DNA of 64,000 bases from positions 5,270,001 through 5,334,000 of the forward strand of contig OZ361257.1 in assembly GCA_977018835.1 (NCBI GenBank), given 5' to 3'. This DNA comes from Minutocellus sp. GHC0000111. Taxonomy: Eukaryota. Numbering within the stretch: the first letter of the stretch is position 1; each line of letters begins with the position of its first letter. This document shows, piece by piece, positions 46,603 to 57,026 of this stretch. The translations under genes were made by a program, and so were the position numbers. The notes below the pieces were generated by a model. The model worked only from the letters and a program-made list of their open reading frames with translations, ran no database searches and was not told where the DNA came from.

Positions 46603-47832
46603 ATGAAGCGCAGCGCTGATAATAGTGCCGGCCCGGCCCACAACGCAGATACGCGGTTGCGGACACTCAAGACAGATAACTCCGGTCGCCCGATTTTGCC
46701 TGTTGACAAGAAGAAAGAGAAGGCGGAGGACAAAGCGAAAGACGCCGTTACCGAGATACTGGAGGGCCTCGCCGTCACGTTGGAGAACGACCCGAACGGA
46801 CAAGGACGAGAATTATGGAACAATCCCGGCGTCGGCCATGCACTTCAACATCTTGTCAAAGCAGTCGAGGCTCGCGCTGATAAGTATCATGTTCGGGATG
46901 ATATTGATGTCGCTGCTGAGCGGCCCGGCCTCGTAGTTACCAACCTGTCCGTGGCTGATGTGAAGTTGAGGCTGACGGTCGGCATCGTCGATCAATTGCA
47001 AGATCCCATGTTTGACGCCGGACCTGAATTCTTCCCTATATTTCAACTTCATGGGAAACGGATCGATATTGGATCGGCTCTTGCTGCGCACGGCCGACCT
47101 TTCAACACCACATCGCTTACTTTGCTTGATGGAAGCGGAAAGCTTATCGTCGCTCGTGTTGCCCTGACAATTACCGAAAAGGCCCGAAGTCTACAACAGG
47201 GCCATGTGATCAAATTGACAAAGTTCCACCGATGGCATGTGGCTCCATATGATGACATACACTCTACTGCTGGGATTGGACTAGTTGATTTTGATATTGT
47301 TGGAATGGGCCAACTTCTGCAGGTAGATGGTGGGCCATCAGCAGCGATCAGATCGGACACGGATGCTCTTGTTGCGGCCGTTTGTGAGGAAGCCGACGAT
47401 GATCCGACGGCAGCGCCGGAGGCAGACACATTCGGTAATTGGGACGAGACCAGAGAGAGGCCGCCAATACCCCCTGCTTGCTGCACTGCCGCCAACCGAA
47501 GCTGCTCAATGTACGGCACACTCTTCTTTCAGAAATGCGTCTGCGAAGAAATGCTGGTGCCGACGGAGGAGGACCTGGAGGATATCGCTGACAAATACTA
47601 CGCAACCACCATGCCAGTCGAAGCCATGGCAAATAATTTGAAGAGGAACATGCTGTATTGGTACTATGCAACTGAGGTGTATCATGTGAGAGGTTGGCTT
47701 GATCGGAAGCCCTTGCCAACCTGTCTAGTCTTTTGCATTAGGTTCATTTATCCAAATGATAAAGGTGAACGATATGTTGGATTCATCCCTGGTCATCAAG
47801 ATGAAGAGGAAGAAGAAGAGGAAAATGCATAA
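46603..47832 (+). CDS. KolX-like accessory protein (P2X7 cytoplasmic-domain-like C-terminus; possible OB fold)
   Basis: 'NNLKRNMLYWYY...G..DRKPLPTCLVFCIRFIYP...GERYVGF' matches the KolX/P2RX7-C consensus R..LP.C....IR..FP...Y.GF; upstream Cys cluster. Confidence 0.8.
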   Translation: MKRSADNSAGPAHNADTRLRTLKTDNSGRPILPVDKKKEKAEDKAKDAVTEILEGLAVTLENDPNGQGRELWNNPGVGHALQHLVKAVEARADKYHVRDDIDVAAERPGLVVTNLSVADVKLRLTVGIVDQLQDPMFDAGPEFFPIFQLHGKRIDIGSALAAHGRPFNTTSLTLLDGSGKLIVARVALTITEKARSLQQGHVIKLTKFHRWHVAPYDDIHSTAGIGLVDFDIVGMGQLLQVDGGPSAAIRSDTDALVAAVCEEADDDPTAAPEADTFGNWDETRERPPIPPACCTAANRSCSMYGTLFFQKCVCEEMLVPTEEDLEDIADKYYATTMPVEAMANNLKRNMLYWYYATEVYHVRGWLDRKPLPTCLVFCIRFIYPNDKGERYVGFIPGHQDEEEEEEENA

Positions 47833-47936
47833 TCATTACCTCAACACATGTAGATAACAAGAATGTGCGTAGCACGTGAGTAACAGCACACAATAAATCC
47901 ATTTTTATTTACAGTGATAAAATATTTTACACGTGT

Positions 47937-50250
47937 TTACAAGCTGCCATTTTCTCTCAGTATCGCCGGCATCCAAGAGCTAACATCATTTGCCGATACA
48001 CCGAAGTTTGTCTTAGCTTTCTTATTATTTCTTGCAGATTTCTTGTTGCTGCCTGGGCTTCTGCGCTTCTTTCCGGCGTAAACGACAACGTCGTCAGCAT
48101 CGTCGCATTGACATTCAGCCCGAGTGTGGCCAAGCTGCTTGCATTTCTGACACTGCTGGTCAATCTTCTTCTTGCGGCCAGGCTTTGCTGGTTTCGCCTT
48201 ACCAGCAGCTAGGGCCCTGTTCTTCTTGTACACATAGTCCTTGTCGTCTTTCTCGCTTCTGTTTCGCAAGGCTGCTCGAAGGCGCTTGCTGTCGCTCTTG
48301 CTCTTTTTGTACTCATCGGTGCGCTTACGCGCAAGGTCGCCCTCGAGCTTCCGGTCAATTGCATCGAATCCATCTTTTCGGGTAGGAGAATCCCTCGATC
48401 CCAACTTTCCAAGAACTCGCTCATTGAATTCCGTACCCAGTGACTTGTGGCCAGCGGCTCTACTTGTTGCATTTGGGTAGGCGTCTGAAGCAGTCAAATT
48501 CGGCCTTTTCCCCATCGTGAACTTCGTCACCATCCCGTTGAGCTGTTCGACGCCGGTGGTAGATTCCTTCTTGCAGTTGGAGTCGGCAGTATTCTTGTTG
48601 ATTCTCTTGGTTATTTCAAGCGTCATCTTGCGAATCGTGTCGTCACTAATCTCCAATATGTCGCCATCGAATTGATTCCCCGAGCTCCATTCCTCATCGA
48701 GCTTGCCATCACTCCAATCAGGATGAGCAATGCTGAGGCGAATCCAATCACACGTGTTGGTGGTGCAAAAAGTGTGAATGCCACATTGGTGACGAACGAC
48801 GGACTGGAGTTCTTTCTGAAGGAGGGCCAGATGACTTTGTTTTTCCTCCTCGGACACAGCACCATCGGGCTGATCGAGAACGCTGTGCTTGCACCGATCA
48901 GCAATCTTCGAAATGTCCTGTTTCATCCGATTGATGCGTGGTCGGGGGATGGCATAAAAATTTTCAACTCCCAACATTCTCGGCCAGATGCTCCTCTGCC
49001 ACACCGGGGGAGTAGGAAGAGTTGCGATAGCAGAAGCCATCATGGTCGTGCAGGGCCAGCATCTCATCCTTGCTCATGTTTTTGAGCTCACTCGGCGTTG
49101 TTGGATTGCCGGCTTCCCGCCTCTCCCTCAATCTTGCATTGCAGGCTCTCACGCAACAGTGGCAGCTTGCCTGAGAGATTCCCTTGTCAACAACAAGGCC
49201 AGTTTCCTTGTCTACGGCAAATACCGCTGCAGCAGAGCCAGTGTAGCAATGGCCGTAGTCGCGTTTGAGGGCGCTGCCGTCTTGGGCCACCGTAACCACC
49301 GCCGCCGTGTGCATCTCGCCGCCTTGTTCAAACTCAACAGTCTTGCTGCTAGCGGCACATGATTTTGCCCTGTTCTCGTCAATGATTTCATCAGCTGCTT
49401 CAACAGCCGCTGCTCTGCATTTCTTTTCCACCTGTCGGGCATTCTTTTCGGTCGGATGGACGATGTCGGCCTTCGTGCAGAAATTCATGAAGCGACTTGC
49501 GTGCATGGCCTCATCTTCCGCTGCCTCCATCAGCTCCAAGTTCATTCCAGCCTGACTTCTAGAATGCTTTCTGCCGGGGCACACAACTTCTGACCTCTGG
49601 CCGATCCAAGTGCAAAAAGAAAAAGGTTGGTTGCATCTATCGCATCGCCATTCAAATGTGACGCCGAATCCACGCCGAACTGGCTCGGCCGAGAGACACA
49701 GATTGCCGCACGATCGGTGGAGATTCTGTACGAAATCACACAGCTGCTTCATCTCAACCACAACTCTTTTGCCGTTGAGCTGCACGCCGGTGATGTTGGG
49801 ACGATCGGTGGCGTTGGCGGTGGGAGTAGATGACCGACCGCCCGAAGAATTCTTGTCGGAACAACATTTCAGTGTCGCGTTGAGATGGGGCCCATGCTTT
49901 TCATCGTCCTGGAAGCAATTTTCAGGCATGGTCGGCAGTGATAGCTTGCCATTGCGTTGAGAGCGTGGGCTGGCGTTGTCGGCTATTCTGGAGAAGCGGT
50001 AGAAGGGCTTTGCAACGTCAAGGCCTGACATTTTCTCTGGACGTCGTCGTTGGATGTTGACCTCGTGTCGTGTTGGGACGTGTTGAAGAGATGATCGAAC
50101 AAGAGAGATCTCTAAGCTCGGCGACACGCCACCGCGCATCAAGATGCGGACAAGCTCATCAACAGTGTAGTAAGTACATCTGACGTCGTCTGGGAATGAG
50201 AGCAAGAGTGAGAGGATTGCCTCCTTGGCGTTAGCACGTGATGTTTCCAT
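47937..50250 (-). pseudogene. Kolobok transposase, frameshifted and apparently internally deleted at ~48970
   Basis: 'WRCDRC', 'VAQDGSALKR..GH', 'ETGLVVD....ASCHCC', 'H..FCYRN...SPGVAE'; second frame 'HQCGIHTFC...C', 'TTGVEQLN...K...GKR', zinc knuckle CQKCKQLGHTRAEC. Confidence 0.8.
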
Positions 50251-50856
50251 GGTTGTTTTTTGTTTTGTTTTGTGTCGGTTCTGGCGCAAGATGCGCTTTT
50301 CGATGAGAGCCTTACAAAAAGAACCCCAAATGAGGGAGACGTGCAAAAATACCCCAAACAAATATCCCCTTACCTCCCAACAGCAAAACTTCAAGATGTC
50401 TTCCCACCAGCACCACCAATGCTGGTCATGCGTCGGCCGAGACTAATTTCGGTCGATCCGACGATGATGTGTGCGTCGACTGTCGTGTTTCTGAGGGAGA
50501 GTTGATTCATCGAAGTTCCTCTGAACCAAGTGTTCCTGGAGGGATTTCCGACTTAATGCTGAAAGGAACGTCGATGACTCTTCGCCACTGTGGAGAGCGG
50601 CGGCCTTCGATGAGGAGCCCATTGTCACGTTGGAGTGCTAACTTTGGCGATGGTGCGAAGAAAAAACGGCACAAAACACGCATTTTGGGGGCTTCCTAAA
50701 AGTTATGGACAGCGCCCTCTTAATAATTTAAAGATAAGGATATTGGTAGCTACTTTAGTAAGAATGTAAGTTTTCTAGTCGACTGACTCGACTCGATTCA
50801 AGCATTGTGCTCAGAACCCAATTGCTCCCGCCTCCGTCTTTCATACCTCGCTTCAG

Positions 50857-51363
50857 GTGCGTAGTAGCGGCATCTCCTCGTGGCCTTTGGCTTCGTCTCT
50901 CCTCGGATTAGCGTTGGTGTGGTTGCTCTATCAGTCAGTCAGTGTTTTGTGGTGATCGTACGTTGGCATTGGTGGCAACTCGATAAAGCGCAAAGATCGA
51001 TCGATCGTCCGCCCAGGTACAGATGGGTTATGGGTTATTGCCCAGTATGCTTCTCTTGGCTTTCCCTCCCTCCCACTGTGATGAGATGCTGCGACGATAG
51101 GCTTTTGGATGGTTGAAATGCCGAGATCGATCCTCTTCGGTCGGGAGACTTTCCCTTTTTCGGTCGAGCGATATCGCTTTTTTCCGGGAAGAAGGCGGTT
51201 GAAGGATGACTTCGGTGTTGCCTGGAGTGGGTTTGCCGCCAGCGGACTACTAGTGGCCCATGATGACCGCGTGTTGATCAAAAGCAAGATCATCTGAATC
51301 AGCGTTGTTTACTAACCTGCTCTTTTCCTTTCTTTCTCCTCATCTGTCGCAATAAAATCGCAG
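50857..51363 (+). other. Probable 5'-UTR intron of RPS23
   Basis: cag|GTGCGT donor, TACTAAC branch site at 51310, pyrimidine tract, CAG acceptor. Confidence 0.6.
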
Positions 51364-51426
51364 TCGTTGCAATATCGTTGCACGTAACTTCATCTTTTTA
51401 GCAGACACAAGAGGGGAGAATACAAG

Positions 51427-51858
51427 ATGGGCAAGCCTCAGGGAATCAACACCGGCCGCAAGCTCCGAACTCACAGGCGCACTCAGCGCTGGAGGGATCA
51501 GGAGTACTGCAAGGCCCACTCCATCACCGCCATGAAGGCCAACCCCATGGGTGGAGCCACCATGGCCAAGGGCATCGTGCTCGAGAAGATTGGCATCGAG
51601 GCCAAGCAGCCCAACTCCGCTATCCGTAAGTGCGTCCGTGTTCAGCTCATCAAGAACGGCAAGAAGATCGCCGCCTTCGTCCCCCGCGATGGTTGCCTCA
51701 ACTATGTCGACGAGAACGACGAGGTCCTCATCTCTGGTTTCGGCCGATCCGGCCACGCCGTTGGTGATATTCCCGGTGTCCGATTCAAGGTCTGCAAGGT
51801 TGCCGGTGTCTCCCTCCTTGCCCTCTACAAGGAGAAGAAGGAGAAGCCCCGTTCGTAA
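51427..51858 (+). CDS. RPS23: 40S ribosomal protein S23 (uS12)
   Basis: '[24 protein letters not shown]', '[10 protein letters not shown]'; intact 143 aa. Confidence 0.99.
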   Translation: MGKPQGINTGRKLRTHRRTQRWRDQEYCKAHSITAMKANPMGGATMAKGIVLEKIGIEAKQPNSAIRKCVRVQLIKNGKKIAAFVPRDGCLNYVDENDEVLISGFGRSGHAVGDIPGVRFKVCKVAGVSLLALYKEKKEKPRS

Positions 51859-52544
51859 GCAATAACAATAGACTTTGTATAAACAGTTCCATAAAGTGAC
51901 AACGCAATACGACGTATTGCTGGTATCATCTTCACAAAAGCATTCTTGCTTAATTCGTTTTCATTTTCCCGCGCGCAGAATTAAATCCATGAGAGGAATG
52001 CTAAAATCTACATTTGCTAGTTTGTACCTGTAGAAGATCAAATCTACGTAGCTGCGTAGAAACCCAACGTTTCGCCACCGCAATTTTTCTCCACATTCAC
52101 TGACTGTTGGATGGTTGGCCTAGCTAGGTACGGCAGCATGTACGCGGAATGCGACCCATACAATACAGTGTACAGGCAGTTCCAAGTGTCGAGTCAAAAG
52201 AAGCCCTGAATAATATACTCACGAGTACTGGTAGGAATTCCTACGTGTACGTAGCTAGATCTCCCCGAGAGTCGAGATTGCTTTGACATCGGGCGGATCT
52301 TGATTGATTGAGAAAGAAGAATCAATCGATAAAGTGGTACACATGTATGTGATCTGCTCCCCAGCTGCAATCATCCCACATCGATTCATGGAGGTGCCGC
52401 AGCGAACATACATGTACTTACCTACGTAGCTAGGTACACTTGGACTGCAACTTCCATGCAACTTCCATTAGACTCAGTCAGTCATGTTTATTAGATGAGG
52501 CGATTGATTCTGTCTAAAAAAGGCAAAAAATTATTGTTACCAAC

Positions 52545-53695
52545 CTAAATTTCTTCCTCCTGATCAATCACACACGCAAGCTCCTCCTTTAGCTGCTCCT
52601 CTATTCTCGGCAGAATCAGTGATGCCTCCGTGGAGTCCAGCAAAAGTCGTTGCGTATTGTCGATCTTTGGGTCCTCTTTTCCGACAAGCAAGGGACTTTC
52701 TTTGAACTGAACAAAGGCATATGACTTTCCCTCTGGCGATGTAAAGGGAAAGAGTGGAAGCGCTTTAGCTCCGTCGTTAGCAATGCTGATCATTCTGTCT
52801 GTTGATTGTGATCTACCTTGACTATCAGAAGCGATTTCATCCAGTAATCCTTTGATGGCCTCGTCATTATCCTCCTCGGTGCCAAGGCCGGGCATATTGA
52901 AAAGGTCGAGCAGTTTGTCCGCATCGATCTCGTCATTCGCAACCGCAAACTTCTCTTCGTAATTCTCCCCAAGCTCCTTTCTGAAAAAGCTATCAAAGAA
53001 GGCATCATCGTCGTCCTCTTCATCTTGGATAGTGCCTTGGCTTGGACTGGCTCTGCCTGACTCTCTTCCAAGTACTTCCCTGTTATGGCTTTCAAATCAC
53101 CCTGCACAGTAAGGACACGAGGCGTCCTTCTTAATCTAAGCTCGTTGCCCATATTTTCAGTAAGAGCAGTTGCTGCCAGTTGGAAAATTTCCTCATTCGC
53201 GTCATCATCCGGATCGACGAGCGATGATAGTTGGCCATTAGCATCGTCTTCGAGGACGGCCACACATTCTTCGAACGGCATGCCAATTGAGTAGACCTGG
53301 CCATCGATATTCACAGTGAATGGCATTCGACATGGAATAACGTTGAGGTTACCGGAAGGTGTCCTCGACACAAATTCGACTACAATATCCTTCCATTCCG
53401 GGGCAGCATCCAGCGCTATATCTGCAACCGTAGTACTCATGGGAGCGCCGCCCGAATAGCCGATCTGCTCATCATCATCTCGCACGAATTCCGCATCGAT
53501 CACATCGCCCCCCGACGTAGCCGATAATCGCCAAGTACATGGTTCGAAATAGGTTGGATCCCTACTCATAAGTGGAGCTGGCCTCATCGTACTCCTCGAG
53601 GAGCAAATAAAGCCAGAGCATCCGACTGCGTCACTCGATGCAAATGCGCAAACAGCCAGAGGTAAAAAGGAGGTTGTTCGCCTTCGGTCGGTCAT
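52545..53695 (-). CDS. DUF3727-like protein, probably plastid-targeted (frameshift ~53027)
   Basis: 'YSIGMP....VAV', 'LRLRRTPRVLTVQGDL', C-terminal 'YAFVQFKESPLLVGK'. Confidence 0.65.
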
Positions 53696-53978
53696 CTTGG
53701 CTGGCTGGGGTTTGATGACTTGCTTGACGCCGCTGCTGCTGCTGTGATTTGATTGTCGATTTGCTGCTGCGAGCATTTATTTGCTGCTGCGATTTGCTTT
53801 TGTGGTGTGCGTAATGTGATGTCTGTCCGTCGCGAGATGCAGCAACGCAGCAACCGTGCGTTGATCGCGCACGGCCGAGCATTAGCACGCACGTTCGAGA
53901 GTGGACCACAGTCACATCATATCTCGAGAGCTCGAGAGTATCGTCATGAGGGCGGCACTGCAGCAGTATCTTCCCACC

Positions 53979-54943
53979 ATGTCAGAGCGTAGCACACAAA
54001 CCTCTTTCGTGTTGCATGGAGTATGTTTTTGGACTCTGCTTCTCACAATCACAACACCGGCATCCATCACAGCTTTCGTCGTCCCATCTACCACATCGTT
54101 TTGCAATCGCGTTTCTTCTAAAAATCGAATCTCACTGTTGCGCCGGGCATCGTCAGAGACAACCTACATCAAAGTCCCGGACGACGACGATACTGTGATT
54201 CCGTTTGTTGACCCTGATACAAACACATTCATAGATTGCTATGCTGACTCCATCGTCACCCTTTCCGATGGCATTACATACACCGTCGGCGAACCTTGTG
54301 ACTATGCCGTTGCCCTTGGATACGTCGACGAGCGGCAGGGAGGATTGGTTCCACTTGAACTGGACGATCCCATGATGGACGATGTATTCCCAGTTGCTGA
54401 ACTGATCATCGAGGAGGAATTTGGAGAAGAACTCTCCTTGCAAAGGACACCGCAAACGTTGACGCTTGTGGGGGAACTGGAGGAGGTGAGTTTCCCATGC
54501 ATGAATGTTTGTATATGTGTGCAATCGTCTTGTGACGGGCAGATTGACCTGCCTAAATGAACGCCCTTCGCCGTGTATCGCAACTCATTTATCATTCTTA
54601 CCTTTTGATCTGTGGACCCGCTTATTTGATGCAAAATGGGATATTTGTGGTAATCAAGGGGGAAGATGATGACGACGAAGAAGACGATGAAGATGATTTT
54701 GGAGAGGAATATGACGCTGACGAGCAAGGAATGGACGATGACGAAGAAGAGGTTGAAATATTGCTTTCATTTGAGCACAGAGACAAAGAATTTCATATCG
54801 TTCGGCTACTCGACCCTGTGTTATTGGTGGGCATTAACGATGCTGAGAATGAAGAGCGACGGATACTGCTCAGTCCTAAACAAGCGGATGCAGTCATGCC
54901 AGCATTGGAGAAAATATTCTTACAGAACCAACAAAAGGAATGA
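53979..54943 (+). CDS. DUF3727-like protein, probably plastid-targeted
   Basis: Signal plus 'ITAF'; 'YTVGEPCDYAVA', 'LQRTPQTLTLVGEL', acidic linker, 'FHIVRLLDPVLLVG'; intron 54486-54658. Confidence 0.75.
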
Positions 54944-55094
54944 GAGTTACATGTACACAGGTGTAAACTATTTTTCCTAAATCAAATCGTTTGGTGGGAG
55001 GCAAGAGCAGCAGCAGCAATTCCTCTAGAATTGAATTTACATTGCTACGTAGATCTAGCTAGCTCAAAAGATGTGTGCCTAAACACCCATCAAT

Positions 55095-56531
55095 TCATCT
55101 CATCTCTCCAAACACATATTCAACGCAATGTGAATATTCCTCTCCTCCCGGGTGAATGATGAAGCATCTTCCTTTGGCGAAGTCAGTTTCCTTCTCCGGG
55201 ATGGTTTTTCCATTTCGGTAGATGGAATCAGGGTATGACTGTGTTTCAAGGCAGATTCCCTGCCATTGACCGTAGCACTTGCTTTCTTTGCAAAGTTGAG
55301 GTGTTGGGTTCGTCCCACCCAGACAATTCGACGTGTATAGTTGTAATCCCGGAGCAGTTGTAAAAACCCGTAGGGACCGGCGTGTGGGAGGATGCGACAG
55401 AATGGCTGCAAGCGTTAGTGAATTGCTTTCATCGCCACATGCGCTGCCATTACCGTCTCGGCGATCAATCGCGTAGTTGTGATCGAATCCGTAGGGCGCG
55501 GCAGCACAAGGTTCGCCATCGCTGGATCTGCTACTAGCATCATCCAGGTTTGATCCTCCTCCATCATCTTTCTTCGAGACTGCTCTGGCAACATGGGCAG
55601 TACCATCAGCAGCATGGCGCCGCATTACATTGTTTGTGGCGTCATTTTGTGAGAGCCTCGCCTTTTCTCGGCCGTACTGCACGAGGGAATCACCAACATT
55701 TTTCCCCATTCGAAAATCCATGCATGTAGTGGCCTTGCGTTGTCCCTCGCCATCGACATCAACTGGCTGCACTGCTCTCGTCGGGACCAATTTGTCATCT
55801 ACGGGAGTAAAGCCGTGGCAATTTGGCATGCAAAGAACGTGATCGAGGATTCCAGCGTGATGCGAGTGTCCGGCAAGATTGAAGTAGGAGTGGTTCGTTA
55901 AAGCTATGGGCGTTGAGTTGGTCTCGCCTGGCAAAAGTGAAGCTCGCATCGAAAGGCAAAGTTTGACACCTGTTGCTTCCTCCTCCGCTTCGGCTTGGGC
56001 TTCCGCCAGAGAATACTCCGCAACACAAAGAATGGCCCCAGGGTATCCCTGGTCCCCGTCGGGCGATGTGAGTGTGAATCGAAGGGCTCTCCTCTCGTCT
56101 TCCTCCACAATCTCTGCTTCCCACACTCTGTAGCCAAAACCGTCGTATCCACCGTGCAGATGATTTGCACCGTTGTTCCGATCAAGTTGGTAGGAAACCG
56201 TCTCTCCGAGCTCTCGCTGCTCCAGATCGAACCTACCCTGTCTGATGCGATTTGCCACTCTGCCCACGATGCATCCAAAATAGGGGGCATTTTTGTCATC
56301 GTATTGCTCCAGGGGGGACGCGTATGACAACACAACATCATCCAGTGATGCTCCGTCGTTGGCATAATTCGGCATCAGGAGTTTGGTAATGCTGGCGCCA
56401 AGACAGGACAATTCCACAGTGAGGCCCCCGCCACTATCAATGGTAAGACGAAAGTTGCGGATGGTCGATTTTGAGCCATGAGTGTGCACATGCGTTGGCT
56501 CAATTTCTACAATCTTGGAAGCCGCCATCAT
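55095..56531 (-). CDS. GALM: Aldose 1-epimerase (galactose mutarotase)
   Basis: 'YFGCIVGRVANRI', 'NHLHGG', 'TNHSYFNLAG', 'GFDHNY', 'GICLETQ'. Confidence 0.95.
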   Translation of the reverse strand: MMAASKIVEIEPTHVHTHGSKSTIRNFRLTIDSGGGLTVELSCLGASITKLLMPNYANDGASLDDVVLSYASPLEQYDDKNAPYFGCIVGRVANRIRQGRFDLEQRELGETVSYQLDRNNGANHLHGGYDGFGYRVWEAEIVEEDERRALRFTLTSPDGDQGYPGAILCVAEYSLAEAQAEAEEEATGVKLCLSMRASLLPGETNSTPIALTNHSYFNLAGHSHHAGILDHVLCMPNCHGFTPVDDKLVPTRAVQPVDVDGEGQRKATTCMDFRMGKNVGDSLVQYGREKARLSQNDATNNVMRRHAADGTAHVARAVSKKDDGGGSNLDDASSRSSDGEPCAAAPYGFDHNYAIDRRDGNGSACGDESNSLTLAAILSHPPTRRSLRVFTTAPGLQLYTSNCLGGTNPTPQLCKESKCYGQWQGICLETQSYPDSIYRNGKTIPEKETDFAKGRCFIIHPGGEEYSHCVEYVFGEMR

Positions 56532-57026
56532 TGATGATGATGTTGTTGAATGAGGTCAATAGAGATGCTTCTACGTAGCTACGTAGCTAGATCTAGCTAG
56601 CTAGTGCTCGCGAGAGCCGCGAGAGTGGCGAGAGCCGATGGATGAGACGACGGATGAGAGAGACTGCATTTCATGTACCCAAGCGATGGCGACTGTACTA
56701 TTTATTTCCAAAAAAGGTTTGGCAATTATTATGCCCCCGAAGACATTTATGCCCCCGACAAAGAAGGACCGTCTTTTCTTCTTGACACTTGTTTATTGCA
56801 CTAAAGGAAGGGAGAATCAACATTTATGGCGCAGAGCGCCCATACAGAGAAGCAACACGATATCACGATCTCATTATTAATGGTACCTAGGTGGAATGCA
56901 TTCACCCATGCAGGAAGATATCAATGAAGCATCTGCCGAGAGCGATCTAATAGCCTAATAGCAGGCTACCTAGGTATTTGTAATGCACGTAGCTCCATTC
57001 AATAAACATCCGTATTTTTATGAATT

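Larger units (their letters stand above)
46479..50719. mobile_element. Kolobok-superfamily DNA transposon (4241 bp)
   Basis: TTAA at 46475-46478 and 50720-50723; perfect 17-bp TIR gagggcgctgtccataa / ttatggacagcgccctc; two convergent genes. Confidence 0.9.

Noticed and set aside
46479..50719. piggyBac or Harbinger assignment for the TTAA-flanked element
   Set aside because: Ends are GAGGG...CCCTC rather than CCC...GGG, and both protein motif sets fit Kolobok transposase and KolX rather than piggyBac or Harbinger/Myb.
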